From positions 19,758,090-19,799,120 of the forward strand of contig NC_069002.1 in NCBI RefSeq assembly GCF_001194135.2: a DNA stretch of 41,031 nt, in the 5' to 3' direction. This DNA comes from Octopus bimaculoides (Eukaryota). Position 1 is the first letter of the stretch, and each line of letters opens with the position of its first letter. Below are positions 1-12,564 of the stretch, in pieces. The notes beneath the pieces are model-generated. The model saw only the letters and a list, made by a program, of their open reading frames with translations, did no database searches and had not been told where the DNA came from. The translations under genes were made by a program, and so were the position numbers.

Positions 1-48
<48 letters not shown>
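1..48. repeat. (AC)n microsatellite
   Basis: Perfect AC dinucleotide run at the window start. Confidence 0.98.
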
Positions 49-52
<4 letters not shown>

Positions 53-183
53 TCACAGAGAGAGACACATTCATAAGCACAGAGGCACACACTCTCATGA
101 AATGAAAGAAAGTAATAGCTATTGGGCAGGAATTAGAATAACAGACAGGAATATCTTACGTTAAACATCACATAGAGTCTATA

Positions 184-351
184 AACACACACACACACAC
201 ACACACACACGCGCACAGGCACACATATATACATATATCACTATCTGTACAATATATATATATGTGTGTGTGTGTATCTGTGTGTGTGTGGGTGCGCGTA
301 TGTGTGTATGTGTGTAGATATATACATGTATGTGTACGCATACATACATAC

Positions 352-421
<70 letters not shown>

Positions 422-500
422 TGATAGGTAGATAGATAGATAAATGTATAGGTAGACAGACAGACAGACAGACAGATAGATAAATAGACAGTAATATAGA
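184..500. repeat. Compound microsatellite (AC/GT/AT/AGAT/AGAC)
   Basis: Adjacent di- and tetranucleotide runs; they explain the low-complexity ORFs at 168-623. Confidence 0.95.
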
Positions 501-2689
501 TAGAAATATTAAACATCTACCTCTCTGTATGAATATGTAGGGGCATCTATAAAGACGCATTGCTGTGTGCAGCCTATTTGATATGTATGTTAACAAAGAT
601 TGATTCCATATCATAAAATGCATTAATCAAAACATACTAACTTGAAATTTGACATCCAAATTTAGCCTCCGCCATCATAGATATCAGATCAAATCTTGAG
701 TTTACTTATTTCAGCTAATTTTTTCTTCCGGCAGAACTGCAACATCAACGATATTCTATTTCTTGAATTTATGAGAAACACTCGGCAGAAATTAATTTGA
801 ATATCTGTAGCAACATAACGACACTAGACTCAAAAATGTGTAGATGTCTTTTAAAGAAGCCGAGAAATGTTACGCTGGTTCTTTGTGGGAAGATTCAGAC
901 AACAAATCGTAAATTGTAGCGAGTTACCAATAGGCTGCAAGAATATGAACAATTTATTTCAATGTGTATGGTAGGGTTGTTTTATTAAGCTTATTACAGT
1001 GATTCTAAGGCTGATGAAATTCCAATCTAAAGGATAATATATANNNNNNNNNNNNNNNNNNNNNNNNNNNNNNNNNNNNNNNNNNNNNNNNNNNNNNNNN
1101 NNNNNNNNNNNNNNNNNNNNNNNNNNNNNNNNNNNNNNNNNNNNNNNNNNNNNNNNNNNNNNNNNNNNNNNNNNNNNNNNNNNNNNNNNNNNNNNNNNNN
1201 NNNNNNNNNNNNNNNNNNNNNNNNNNNNNNNNNNNNNNNNNNNNNNNNNNNNNNNNNNNNNNNNNNNNNNNNNNNNNNNNNNNNNNNNNNNNNNNNNNNN
1301 NNNNNNNNNNNNNNNNNNNNNNNNNNNNNNNNNNNNNNNNNNNNNNNNNNNNNNNNNNNNNNNNNNNNNNNNNNNNNNNNNNNNNNNNNNNNNNNNNNNN
1401 NNNNNNNNNNNNNNNNNNNNNNNNNNNNNNNNNNNNNNNNNNNNNNNNNNNNNNNNNNNNNTATATATATATAATTCTGTTGAAAAAGAATTCGATGAAT
1501 CAGAATTCCTCTCACAAAATGCTCAAGGAGAACTTCAGTCAAAGATAGTTCAAATATTTTTACTGTTTTTAACTATCCTGACTTTCTATTTCTTTCCTCC
1601 TTGTATCTTTTATTTCGTTTTCATCACTACTTCAGACCTGCTTCAATATATATTTACGTATACATGTATGTTTTAATATATTTGCTCTACATCTAATATT
1701 TTTTTTTAAGATCTATTATCTTACATTTATATTTTTTATATATCTATTCATTTATAGATTTAAAAATCTATGCATTTAGATATTTAATGTATCATGTATA
1801 TAATTCTCCTTTCAATTCACCTGAAATCGGAGTCACGTTTGTGGATTAAATTACCTAGTCTTACGTTTCTTCTTCTTCTTATATATATATATATTTATAT
1901 ATATAGGGCAGGAAATTGACAATTTGTTAATATATTAATAATTAACAATTTTTCGAAGTAGTTCAGTATGCAAAAAACCTTTATCTGTAAAACATTTATA
2001 ATTATAAACATAATAAAGAGATCAGCAAAAGTTGCTTCCCCAACATGCTGAAAATTTTGAAATAGCAGTTAAAACTACTAATTCTAACTACAATTAAGTC
2101 TCCAACGGATAGCGATATTCATGGCTCACATAGAATAAAAGAGGAAAAATAAACAAAACAAACCTGCCGTTATTTAATCTTGTACGACATTTCGTGTTTA
2201 GGATTTTATAAAAATTCATTTCACTCTTCAGCATGATATTCTAGATTATAAATCTGAAAATGTTAATAAACCCATGTACATTTGACCATGTGACATCAAA
2301 TATCACATAAGCAAAATCAGCACCTCCAAATTTATATCTACCCTATATCTATATTGATAATCTACTCCTGGATAGTTAAACTGCAATCTTTTCTGCGGGA
2401 CTGTTCGTGATTTGAGGAGTGATACGTAATTTACTAGTCGATATAAATATATATACTTGCCAAATAGTTTCTTCAGATTATATTGGTTTTCCATATATTC
2501 ACTAATGTAATGTCGATTCATATATATTCAGGTTGAAATGTATCTATTATTATTTTACTATATAAGTCATTTATATGTTATTAGATAATCATACTTTTAA
2601 TTAGAAAATGATAATTAGAAAATATTTTTTAAAAATGTGTTCATGAAGGATTGAATTAAAATGAATCTTTCATGAACGTAGCACACCCA

Positions 2690-2880
2690 TACATACACAC
2701 ACATACACCCATACATACACACATACACACACACACACATACATACACACACACACACACATACAAACACATGTATTTTTGTATATACGAGTAGGTGTAT
2801 ATGCATGTATATATACATCTCTCTGTCTACCTCTCTCTGTCTCTCTTTCTTTCTCTCTCTCTCTCTACACACACATATAT
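2690..2880. repeat. Compound microsatellite (AC/ACAT/CT)
   Basis: Simple repeat runs. Confidence 0.9.
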
Positions 2881-3139
2881 AGCTAATGTTAGGTCTCATA
2901 AGGCTTGCACAGACCCTTTCCACCCAAGTGATATGATCAAGAGGCATGCAAGTGTAAAGTATCAAATCAAACTATGGGCTATAATCTCAAGCGCAAACAA
3001 AAAATATCCAAAAAATTCGATGTCTTTCCCTGCATATCTAGTTTTATATTAGTGACCTTCTCCTACAAACTTGCTTTAACAAAGACATGATGCGACTCAC
3101 TTCCAGTGGTCTTCCAATACGCAGGAAACCAACCCCGAG

Positions 3140-3720
3140 TTTCTGAGGGACCGTACTATTGGAATGGAAACTTCGTTAGGAGATTATTGTATTTAATGAA
3201 TTTAGTGGTACAGAAATCAGACGTATATTTTTGGATACATTTATGGGTGGTGAGGTTTGTTAAATACATTCGAATATATATAACGGTAGAGATAAGTATC
3301 GGACAATCAGATAACTGCTGTATTTGTCGTTTGTTTGTGTTTTATTACTGTCTGATGTTTAAAGTATTTTGTTCTCAAAATGGTTACTCATCGCACCTAC
3401 ATTTACGATTAAAACTTGTTGCATTCATGTGAAATTTGACATGCTCTTTTACTACATCACAATATGTTTCTGCGTAAATCCCCGTACTTGGAGAGATTTC
3501 ACTCTCTAACGACACCACTTATCTTAGAAAAGATGTGATTGACACCTTGAAACGTACCCTTCAAATAAGTCTGGAAGAAATAATCCACCATTATTTGGGG
3601 AAAGCCTGATACCTACTCTCATGCGCTCACACGACCCCTCCACACATACACATGTATACGAGAAAGTGTATTTCTCAGGTGCCTCACAACGTTTGTGTAT
3701 TTGTCACTGAGGAGATCAAA
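3140..3720 (+). mobile_element. Possible very old Penelope-like RT remnant
   Basis: Only faint motif echoes, in the expected order: TIGMETSLG (cf. GxAMGxxLG), KYIRIY (cf. RYxDD), YFSGASQRLCIC (cf. FSQxxRxxRIC). Could be chance. Confidence 0.2.
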
Positions 3721-3989
3721 CCACGTTGAAACTTTGAATGTAGTGATCTACCGATGCTTCGAGCAAAGCCCTGATTCATTGACACATTGAGTTCTTTGAA
3801 GTGTTGCTTTGAGACAAAATATTACAATAGAATGGTATGTAAAATATTTTATACCACCGTGTTTTAGTTGAAGTCTACCAAGCGAGTAGACTTCAAATGC
3901 ATAATGCACAGCAGTGCTGGCTGGCAGAAGGAATTAGTGCCAGAGTATGAAGTCTTTTCATATGTTGTTTTAATCCTACAACTTAACGG

Positions 3990-4190
3990 CACACACTTCT
4001 ATAGGTTGCATATGTTCTGTTTGCAACAATAGCTGTATCATAATTTACAAGGGGTTGTTTCCCGTGGCTGATTTTATGGCTGACCAGGCCTGCATGGCTT
4101 AAGCATTGCCTCCTACAATATACACACCTGAAAATCAAACTTCCTAGAGGTTCATTCTTTCTATGCTTTCTCCTGATCTTCAGACACACA

Positions 4191-4234
<44 letters not shown>

Positions 4235-5600
4235 CACATACACACACATATATATATACATATACATGCATACACACACATACAAACGCACACACGTGTA
4301 TTTTTGTATATATTTTTTGTATATATAAACTTAGAGCAGCCACTCTGCACCCTTTTCCGCCATATATTTCGGTCTTGTACTCCCCCCTCTCTCTCGCAAT
4401 CAACATGTGAAAATCCAAAGCAGTTTCAAGGACGTCTTTGAACCTCGTTTTGGGGTTTATGTGCTGATCGTTTACGATCTTTCGACTCACCATACAAAAT
4501 TTGTTTAGGAAGTCTTTTGTCAATCGTTCTCTCCAGATGTCCAAACCACATCAAACGACTAGCAAAATAATCGATTTTACATTCCTGCTACAACTCTTAA
4601 GTACCTTTATATTACTGGTGGCCATTATCCAGTTTATCCCAAGACTTTTCTGTAGAAATATTGATGATATCGTTCTAAATGCTAAAACTATTTACGATTA
4701 ATAACCCATGTCTAACTTGTATAGGGCAATACTGGCAGAACACATGTGATATAAGCCTTATACTTATGGCGTAACCAGAGACACTTGCTAAGTCTACCAA
4801 GGACATCAATAGATTTGCTGATTCTGTATGAAATTTCATCATCAATACCGGCTCAAAGTAGTTCCTGGATGAACGAATTTAATTACAACTTCCAACCTTT
4901 GAACATTCACAGTTAAAGAAGGTTCCACATAAAGCTTAGAAGGGTGAGGCTGGTACATCAGAACAGTTTTTTCATTTTAGTTATGTGTTCCAACGCTGTA
5001 GCGATCGCATTCATCATGTATTGCATGTCTTTCTGCGAATGTGCTAACAGGTTACAATCATCTGCATCCAAGAACTCAGTGATGTGAGATTGAAGAACCT
5101 TCATTTTGACACAAAGTCTTTTGAGGTTGAAAACTTTTTCTGTTGTGCTATATCTTATATAGAACACTTCAGCACAATCTTCAAAGGCTATTTGAAAAAG
5201 ACTATTGGAAAATACAGATCAAACAAGGTAGGAGCAGGAATATCACGATGTTTTACACCATTTTCTACAGAAATTGGATCTGGCAGTGTACCTCTAATAT
5301 TAACTCTCACCTCCACGCTGTCATGAGATTCTCTAAGCAGCGCAGCTACTCCAAGACCTCCCAAAGTCCAACTTTATTTATAGAAACAAATGCTTTTGTC
5401 AGATCAATAAAAACTTGCTATAAAATTCATATCGTGTTCTGTTCGATGCACTTTTCTTGTAGCTGTCTAACTGAAAATATATCCATGGTACCCCTACCGC
5501 CTCTAAATACACATTGTGATTCTCGCAGAACTTCAATATCCATGAAATTGCCGGCCTGTTGCCAGAATTTGGAATTAATAATCTAGATGTGAAGGCAAAC
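3990..5600 (-). mobile_element. RTE-clade LINE, 5'-truncated, degenerate RT and C-terminus
   Basis: Minus-strand translation across frameshifts gives ESQCVFRGGRGTMDIFSVRQLQEKCIEQN, FIDLTKAF, LFNL-RL-KMKVLQSHITEFLDADDCNLLAHSQKDMQ, DDEISYRISKS, LMWFGHLERTIDKRLPKQILYGE, RFKDVL and a terminal CVYCRRQCLSHAGLVSHKISH. This is the hallmark series of RTE/BovB-like ORFs. Confidence 0.92.
4183..4320. repeat. (AC)n/(AT)n microsatellite inside the RTE ORF
   Basis: Simple repeat separating the RT C-terminal segment from the zinc-finger segment. Confidence 0.9.
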
Positions 5601-6350
5601 AGATGTAACAAATCTATCGAATTATTTCTTTGCAAATCAAAGCATTTAAAAAAGAAATTATAAAAGAGAGCTTCACAAGGTCAGTATTCACTGGTTAGGT
5701 CAGGGAAACGAAGTCGATGGTATAGTGTCTTTAGACATGTTGAAAACATGTGGTAAAATTGCTTCAATTTAAACGAAATCGTTACAAAAGTAAGGCACAT
5801 AAGATAATTCAGTCTTTGCCATACTACGTCTGCAGTAAAATAATCGTAACTATCACAATAGAAACACAAACAATATGTAATTATCACACAGTAAATTATC
5901 AAAATTTCTCTTGCGTACAAAGCAAAAAAGAGAGAAGAAAAGAAAAACGAATAAACGAGAAAGAAACATTTGATAAAGTAAGTTAAAAAAACGAACGATT
6001 TATTCAGCAGACTGAAACAATTTCAAATCTACATTATTATATAATTATACAAATATTTAAAACTTATTCTTTTTAAAGAACTCAATTTACTCAAAATAAC
6101 TAATGAATATTCAAAGATGAGATGAAAGAGTAGAATACAAAATATTTTTTCATAAATGAATGATTCTTCGAATAGAATCTTTGAAGATTATCGAATTTAT
6201 TGAATTTGTTATTGTAAAAAAATCTGGCATTATGAAAAAGGTTTGCTGTATCATGATGTATGCATATGAATGATGTATGTTCTTGCGTGGGCTTATGTGT
6301 AAGTGTATATATATTTATGTCTATATATGTATGATGTATGCATATATATA

Positions 6351-7576
6351 TTTTGCGTCATCCCATAAATAATGCAATTTTTATACTTTCATTTTTCAAA
6401 ATTAAGATAAACAAAGTGCTTTTCTCCTTTACTTTCTACAATGCTCTTCCAACTATCTGGTATACTTTGAAGCTCCCTCTTCCAAAATTCACTTGTCCGT
6501 GACGAAAAATACTCCTCCATTACTGTTTGACGTCGTCTATAGAATTCACATTTTTTCCGTCCAAATGGTTTTAAAGACTGCGGAATAAATGATAATCAGA
6601 TGGGGCAATGTCCGTCAAATATGGTGGGTGGAGAATTGTTTCCCATTCACACTGTTCCAGCCTTCTGAGTGTCATCCTCACTGTATGTAGCCAAGCATTA
6701 TCCTGATGGAAGAGCACCTTTAGTCTTGAAACCAAAGATGGTGTTTTTTTCTTCTAGACCTGACTTAAGCCGCTCAGACTGCTCGTAGTAGATCTCCTTT
6801 CCTATAGTTTAATTTGGGCTTAAAAGGTCTAACTGGACTAAACATTTCATACCCTGCCAAAACAGTAAACAACACCTTACATGGGTAAAGACCTTTTTTA
6901 GCCAGGGGGGCTAGTGTTTCTTCTTTCCTTACTCACTGGCTTCGGCGCTTGACATTTTTATAGAGAACCCATTTTTCGTTACCAGTCACTATTCGGTCGG
7001 GAAAACGGTTATTCGTGAGACGTGACAGCAAAGAAGAGAACATATTCACTCTATGACCGCGATTAGACTCTGAAAGCCTAATTTGCTGACATTTTCGATC
7101 TCACACAGGTGTCAATGAATGGTCGAATAACGAAATCCAAGCTTCTGTGTTATTTCCTCAACAGTTTTTGCTCCACCAGATTTACTGGACGTCTACGTCG
7201 AACTCTACAGATCTTCCAGAACGAGGCTCATTTTCTAGGCTGTAGTTTCTGGCGCGGAATTTCTGTATCCATCGTTGACACTGGCTTACGCTTATTGTCC
7301 GATCCCCATATGCTGCATTAATATTCCTTGCACTTTCCGTTGCGTTGTTGCTTTATTGAAATATGCCGGGTACGTTCCTTTGTTACTTCCACTATAGCTT
7401 TGAAAAATAACTGTTAAATTCGAACTGCACTCTTCAAATGTTGCACTAAGAATAAGTACAAGACAAAATCACTACCTATTTTATAGCAAGTTGTTGCAGT
7501 TAGCTTATCCCATCTGCATCCGTCTTATTTTAGTTCATGCAACTGAAAAACACATTATTTAAGGGATGATTCAACA
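6351..7576 (-). mobile_element. Full-length decayed mariner (DD34D) transposon
   Basis: Imperfect TIRs of about 32 bp: TTTTGCGTCATCCCATAAATAATGCAATTTTT (6351-6382) and the reverse complement of 7545-7576 (TGTTGAATCATCCCTTAAATAATGTGTTTTTC), both flanked by TA. Length 1226 bp; transposase motifs inside. Confidence 0.95.
6410..7400 (-). pseudogene. Mariner transposase pseudogene
   Basis: NATESARNINAAYGDRTISVSQCQRW...LENEPRSGRS (HTH), RIVTGNEKWVLYKN (first D changed to N), FHQDNA, HPPYLTDIAPSDYHLFRSL. There are 34 residues between the second and third D. Several stops and frameshifts. Confidence 0.93.
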
Positions 7577-7647
7577 TATATATATNNNNNNNNNNNNNNN
7601 NNNNNNNNNNNNNNNNNNNNNNNNNNNNNNNNNNNNNNNNNNNNNTA

Positions 7648-7981
7648 GTGATGGTTTGTTGCCAACTAAATGTGACAGTCCCAGGAAAGGGAAGAATGCT
7701 ACTGCTATTTAGCCCCAGGAAACATCGTTTTCAAAGGTGAATAAGCATCGACAGCTAGCAAACCAAGCTACTCCAGACTAATCAAGAGCAACGACTCTGA
7801 AACTAGTCTCTGGATGTTGGCTTTGCTGGGTGAAGGTGCTTATCTCCCCTGTATGAATACATAAGGAGACAGTACGCATGTGTCACATAACCAATTGGAA
7901 ACGGTGTTTCCTGGGGCTAAATAACGGTAGCATACTTCCCTTTCCTGGGACAGCCACATTAAGCTGGCAACAAACCTTCAC
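7648..7981. repeat. Foldback element: 85-bp inverted repeats (7648-7732 and 7897-7981)
   Basis: Manual alignment gives 75/85 identities with no gaps. The left arm starts 2 bp after an N-gap and may extend into it. Confidence 0.93.
7741..7843 (+). ncRNA. Minimal type I hammerhead ribozyme fold, catalytic core degenerate (probably inactive)
   Basis: UCCAGA(7772-77) / CUAAUCA (consensus CUGAUGA) / stem II AGAG-caacga-CUCU / GAAA / palindromic CUAG / UC / UCUGGA(7809-14). Helix I extends with CCAA:UUGG, UAGCAAA:UUUGCUG and AUAAGCAU:GUGCUUAU. Confidence 0.75.
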
Positions 7982-8029
7982 ATTATCGTGGTGATATTCT
8001 ATTAGTCTCTCTGAAAGAATAAGAAATGC

Positions 8030-8145
8030 AATATTTATAATTTTATATACATACTCCCTCCAATATTCATTTATACAATCGGTTAAACTATTCGCCGTTT
8101 CACCTACGTATGTTGTCTCCCAGTTTTTACAATTACCATCCATGC
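8030..8145 (-). mobile_element. Penelope-like GIY-YIG endonuclease fragment
   Basis: ORF 7883-8143(-) reads CKNWETTYVGETANSLTDCINEYWR, resembling the CxxCxxxYVGETxRxLxxRxxEH signature of Penelope endonucleases. It runs toward the right arm of the foldback. Confidence 0.6.
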
Positions 8146-8289
8146 AGTTTATTCAGGAAACTACGTTTCTAGCCTGGCACACTACACAGTTTTATATTTG
8201 CACACTAAACAGTTCTCCTCTACACACGTGGTCTTTTTGAAGGAGTATGTTTTGCATGTTCTTGACCTCAAGTTAATTATTGACATGCA

Positions 8290-8900
8290 TACAAAAGTAC
8301 ACGCGTACACACAAACACACAGAAACTCACACATATAGGAACGCACACACATACACGCGAATACACACACACGGACACATTTACATAAACAGACATTGAA
8401 ACACAGACACATGACCACACACACACACGCTCGTACACACATGCCCTCTCATACGCACACAGACACACAAGCACGCATATGCATGCTCATACTCACGTAC
8501 AGATAGACATCAATTTATAAATCATTTATGAAACAATGAAGACGGTTTAACTGTCTATGAGAGAAACTTCATATGGATGAACGTGTGCGTTTGCAAAGGA
8601 AACGATGAGAAAACCAAAACCGCTTTGTTATGTATATGAAAAAATGACATTAATCAGTATTTAAAAAAACACGCACATCCGGATGCACACATGTATGTAT
8701 AAACACACACACATACAGACATAGGTTCTATAGTATGTATGTATGTATGTATGTATGTATGTATGTATCTATCTATCTGTGTATATATATATATGCATAT
8801 ATATATGTATATATATGCATATATGTATGCATATATGTATCTATGTATGCATTATGTATGTATGTATGAATGTATGTATGCATGTATGTATATGTGTGTG
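8290..8900. repeat. Degenerate (AC)n and (ATGT)n microsatellites
   Basis: Runs at about 8290-8480 and 8734-8900. Confidence 0.85.
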
Positions 8901-9347
8901 TCATTATATTTGAAATGGAAAGTATATTATTTATCCTTACGAATCTGACAATTGTTAAACATAAAAAAAAAGGATGAGGACGACTAAATTTCCTCTGTAG
9001 AGTGTCACAGTACTTTGTTGGTTAAAATGTTTCTGAAGAATCTTTAAAATATAATTTCCCATTAAAAATATTCATAAGAAAATATAAAAGCATAATAAAA
9101 AATATTTAAAAAGAAAGCAACATAACATTACTATTTATTCTGATTTAATTCTCTGCAGTAAACTATTCCTTAAATATTTGCTGAAATTTACTTGAGATTC
9201 AATTGCTTGTTTATGATTGGGCATTAGAGTATGTGTGGGGGTATTACTGTTTATGTGTGTACATATATGCAGCGGTGTGTGTATGCGCATCGTCACATAT
9301 ACGTATTTGTATGTGCGTGTGCGCGTCTAAGTATACATGTATACATA

Positions 9348-10180
9348 CAGCATGCGATGGGTAAATTGTCACCATGTTATATATTTAATTTCGCTCATAC
9401 GCATGATTTACTTTTGATTCTGTCGACTACGCAATCTAGTAGAATTAGTTGGGCATCACCTGTGAGAAAAATAGCACCATGGCACAATTCACTCCGACAG
9501 AAATTTGGAAACGACATGTGGTACTGCTAGGCATTTGGGCCGAAAGTTCCAATACGAACATTCCAGAGTTTTCGGGTGTCACTTTGAGGAGAGTGCAGAG
9601 GATTTGGAAAGAGTTGGATGAGTCTAATTGTGATTAGGAAGGTGCTTGGAGTGATCACTAGAGATCGGAACGTTATGCCTACATTCATCTTCCCACACGG
9701 CCTCATATTCAACACAAAGGCCTACATCAAGTGCCTGGAGACGGTAGTGCTGCCCTGGATCAAAACAGTGGCTGCTGGAAGACAGTATGTTTGGTAACAG
9801 GACTCTACACCATGCCACACAAACAGAGAACCCAGTCATGGCTGTGAGACAATTTCTGCCACCATATCACCCCTAACATTTGGCCACCTAACTCCAATCC
9901 CCTTCATTATTATGTGTGGGGCGCAGTTGCGCGGGTAATCAACAAAACTCCAGGTAACGCCAAAGATGAACTGAGGGCAAGGATTATGACAGCATTCACC
10001 AACTTAAAAAGGAGACCGTCCAGAAGAGTTGCAGGAGATTCCGAAGTCGTATGTAGGCCAATGTTGAACCCAATGGCGATTTTATTGAATAAAATGTAAT
10101 TTTGGTAAATATATCTGTTAAACTGAGGTGTCAGTGTTATTTTCATTTTTGCGAAATTTAGTCGAGAATTTATACATGTA
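9348..10180 (+). mobile_element. Internally deleted Tc1/mariner-superfamily transposon, DD37D (maT) type, copy 1
   Basis: Left end TA|CAGCATGCGATGGGTAAATTGTCACC. Remnant GVITRDRNVMPTFIFPHGL...AYIKCLETVVLPWIKTVAAGRQYVW*QDSTPCH...WPPNS..NPLHYYVWGAV. Homologous to 37974-38864. Right end is approximate. Confidence 0.88.
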
Positions 10181-11479
10181 CGTCGATACACTTGTGTATA
10201 TGCACATATGTATGTATGTCGCAATGCATGTATGCACAGACGTGCATATAGGCATGTATGTATGCACAGATGTAGATATAGGTATGCATTTTGATAAACA
10301 GGTTTCATCACACATTCTAATGCAAATAAATTGGAATTTTTTATCCTTCATGGAAGTTGGTATATCTCTCTCTCATTGAAAATGTCTATCCATCTATCTA
10401 TCTATGTATATCAAGCTAGCTATACACTCACGTATATATTTCATGACCATATATGTATTTAAACCCGTGTGCGCATTTGAGTATGTATATATATGTTCGT
10501 ATACGTGCGTGTTTGAAATATTGTGCATGAATATGTGTATATGAATATAAATATATGTATTTACGTACGAATGTGTGTGTATGAATATTTAAAACAATCT
10601 ATTGTCGGAGAATGGATACATAATTCGTGTATGTGTCTGCGATAGAAATTGCTGCTTTTTTGAAAATGAAAAAAAAAATTATATTTATAGAAGTAGAAAT
10701 TATTTTCTTTCATATTTTCCTCTTTTTCTTTTCATATTTGTTGATGTTTTCATCTTTTGAAAGTTTGTTGTGCAAGATTAATCTTCATCATTTTAAGCAT
10801 CCATTATTGCTTAGTCACGTTTGTGCTGGAATATGTCTTATTTATTAAGTGAAGACATATTTTATGTGTTATTACCGGTTGCTTTTCCCTAGAATAATTT
10901 TTCAAAAATGTAAATAACAAAAAAATATATATTACTCTCACTGTAATAGTCATTGCAATTTCTCAATAATTTATTTTTCATTGAGTATGTGTATCAATAT
11001 ATACACTTGAAATATATGAATGTAAAAATATTGAATGCTTATTAGAGTTTCTTCTTAAATCATTCTGTATAAATTGCAAAAGAACTTAGTAGTATTTACA
11101 CATTGTAAATACATATTTTTGCTGTTATCTGTCATTGGCTGAGAACTATTTTATAAAACTAAATATAAAAAGGTAACTTATATTTAATAATTAGTTTTTT
11201 GGTAATTACTGTTGTACAGTTGTCTTAAACATTTATAGGAATGCAACATAACTGGGATTTTATTTTGTGAAATATTAATGCAATACACTGAGACCCCAAA
11301 AATATAAATTACGCGGCTGGTTTATTGTTATGGTGAGAGTTTTGATTAAAAGCTGAATCATGTCTGAAACTCTTTTATTTGTACCGAGACCAACTCCGAC
11401 ATCAAGCGCGACTGCGGTGATTACATGGGAACAAAATTACAATATCGCTATCATTTGATTTATTTCAGACATAGCAGCA

Positions 11480-11640
11480 TTTATGGTTGCTTTGGTTTAG
11501 CTCAGTTCGCAATTTTGCGATTCTGGGTTCAATTGCACTACGTGACATCCTTCGCCACTGTCTTCAAAGATAGATCCATGTTAGGCAAATTTTATTTGAT
11601 TAGAGATTAGCAGACAGTAGCCAGTTTTGCGAACGCACGC
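11480..11640 (+). mobile_element. Highly degraded tRNA-derived SINE
   Basis: B-box-like GGGTTCAATTGC, then a weak match to a remembered cephalopod SINE body, ending in a (GT)n tail. Confidence 0.3.
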
Positions 11641-12454
11641 GATTGTGCGTATATGTGAGTGTGTGTGTCTGCATGTGTGTATGTGCGCGCGCGCGCGTAT
11701 TTAATGGTATATATATCAGTGAAGTATACAATGAATGGCGATATAACCGATGCTTCAGCAATGTGGTTTCTTGACATATTATTTCTGTCTCAAATTAGAT
11801 ACGGGGTTTTCGCGTCAGGAATGCAATGAAACGAACCAGTCATTATCCAAGTAACAATCTGAAACGAATGATGTTCACAAGACGTGTGATATAAAAAGTA
11901 TGATATTAGACTGGGCTGACGTCAACCACTTTTTCTATATTTCCCTGATAATTTCATAACATAATGATACGTTGACAATATATGATAAGACGTATTAATT
12001 TGATCGAATTTATTAACATTTCCTTATTGAATAAAGGATAATTATATATTGCTTCGTTCTTTAACCCCATTTCGCCAGTAGAGTTACATATACCTAAAGG
12101 AGAACCACATATAACTACCTATTCTTATATTTCGACATTGTCTATCAAGGACTTGAGCATCCATGTTATCCTTGGAAAGCTTGTTAAAGTGTGTAATTTG
12201 AGAAAACTTTAATCGTTATTTGAATTCCGCCGAATAATGATAAAGAATTCCCTCAGTGGAAGTCGGCATTTTACTAGAGAATATGAACTGTTATAAATTT
12301 AGGGGATAGATTTTCATGGCATTAAATGAAACAAATTCCATTAGCGAATGTTCTAGTTCACTAATCACTAAGTTTTACTATTAATAAATTAATGCTTAAT
12401 TACGTATGTGTGCACATATGTACACACACACTCTGAATATATACATACACACAA

Positions 12455-12506
<52 letters not shown>

Positions 12507-12516
12507 NNNNNNNNNN

Positions 12517-12551
<35 letters not shown>

Positions 12552-12564
12552 TGTATGTATATAT

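Noticed and set aside
3700-3750. CUGAGGA...GAAA spacing resembling a hammerhead
   Set aside because: Stem II is weak, the cleavage-site base would be G, and there is no convincing helix I.
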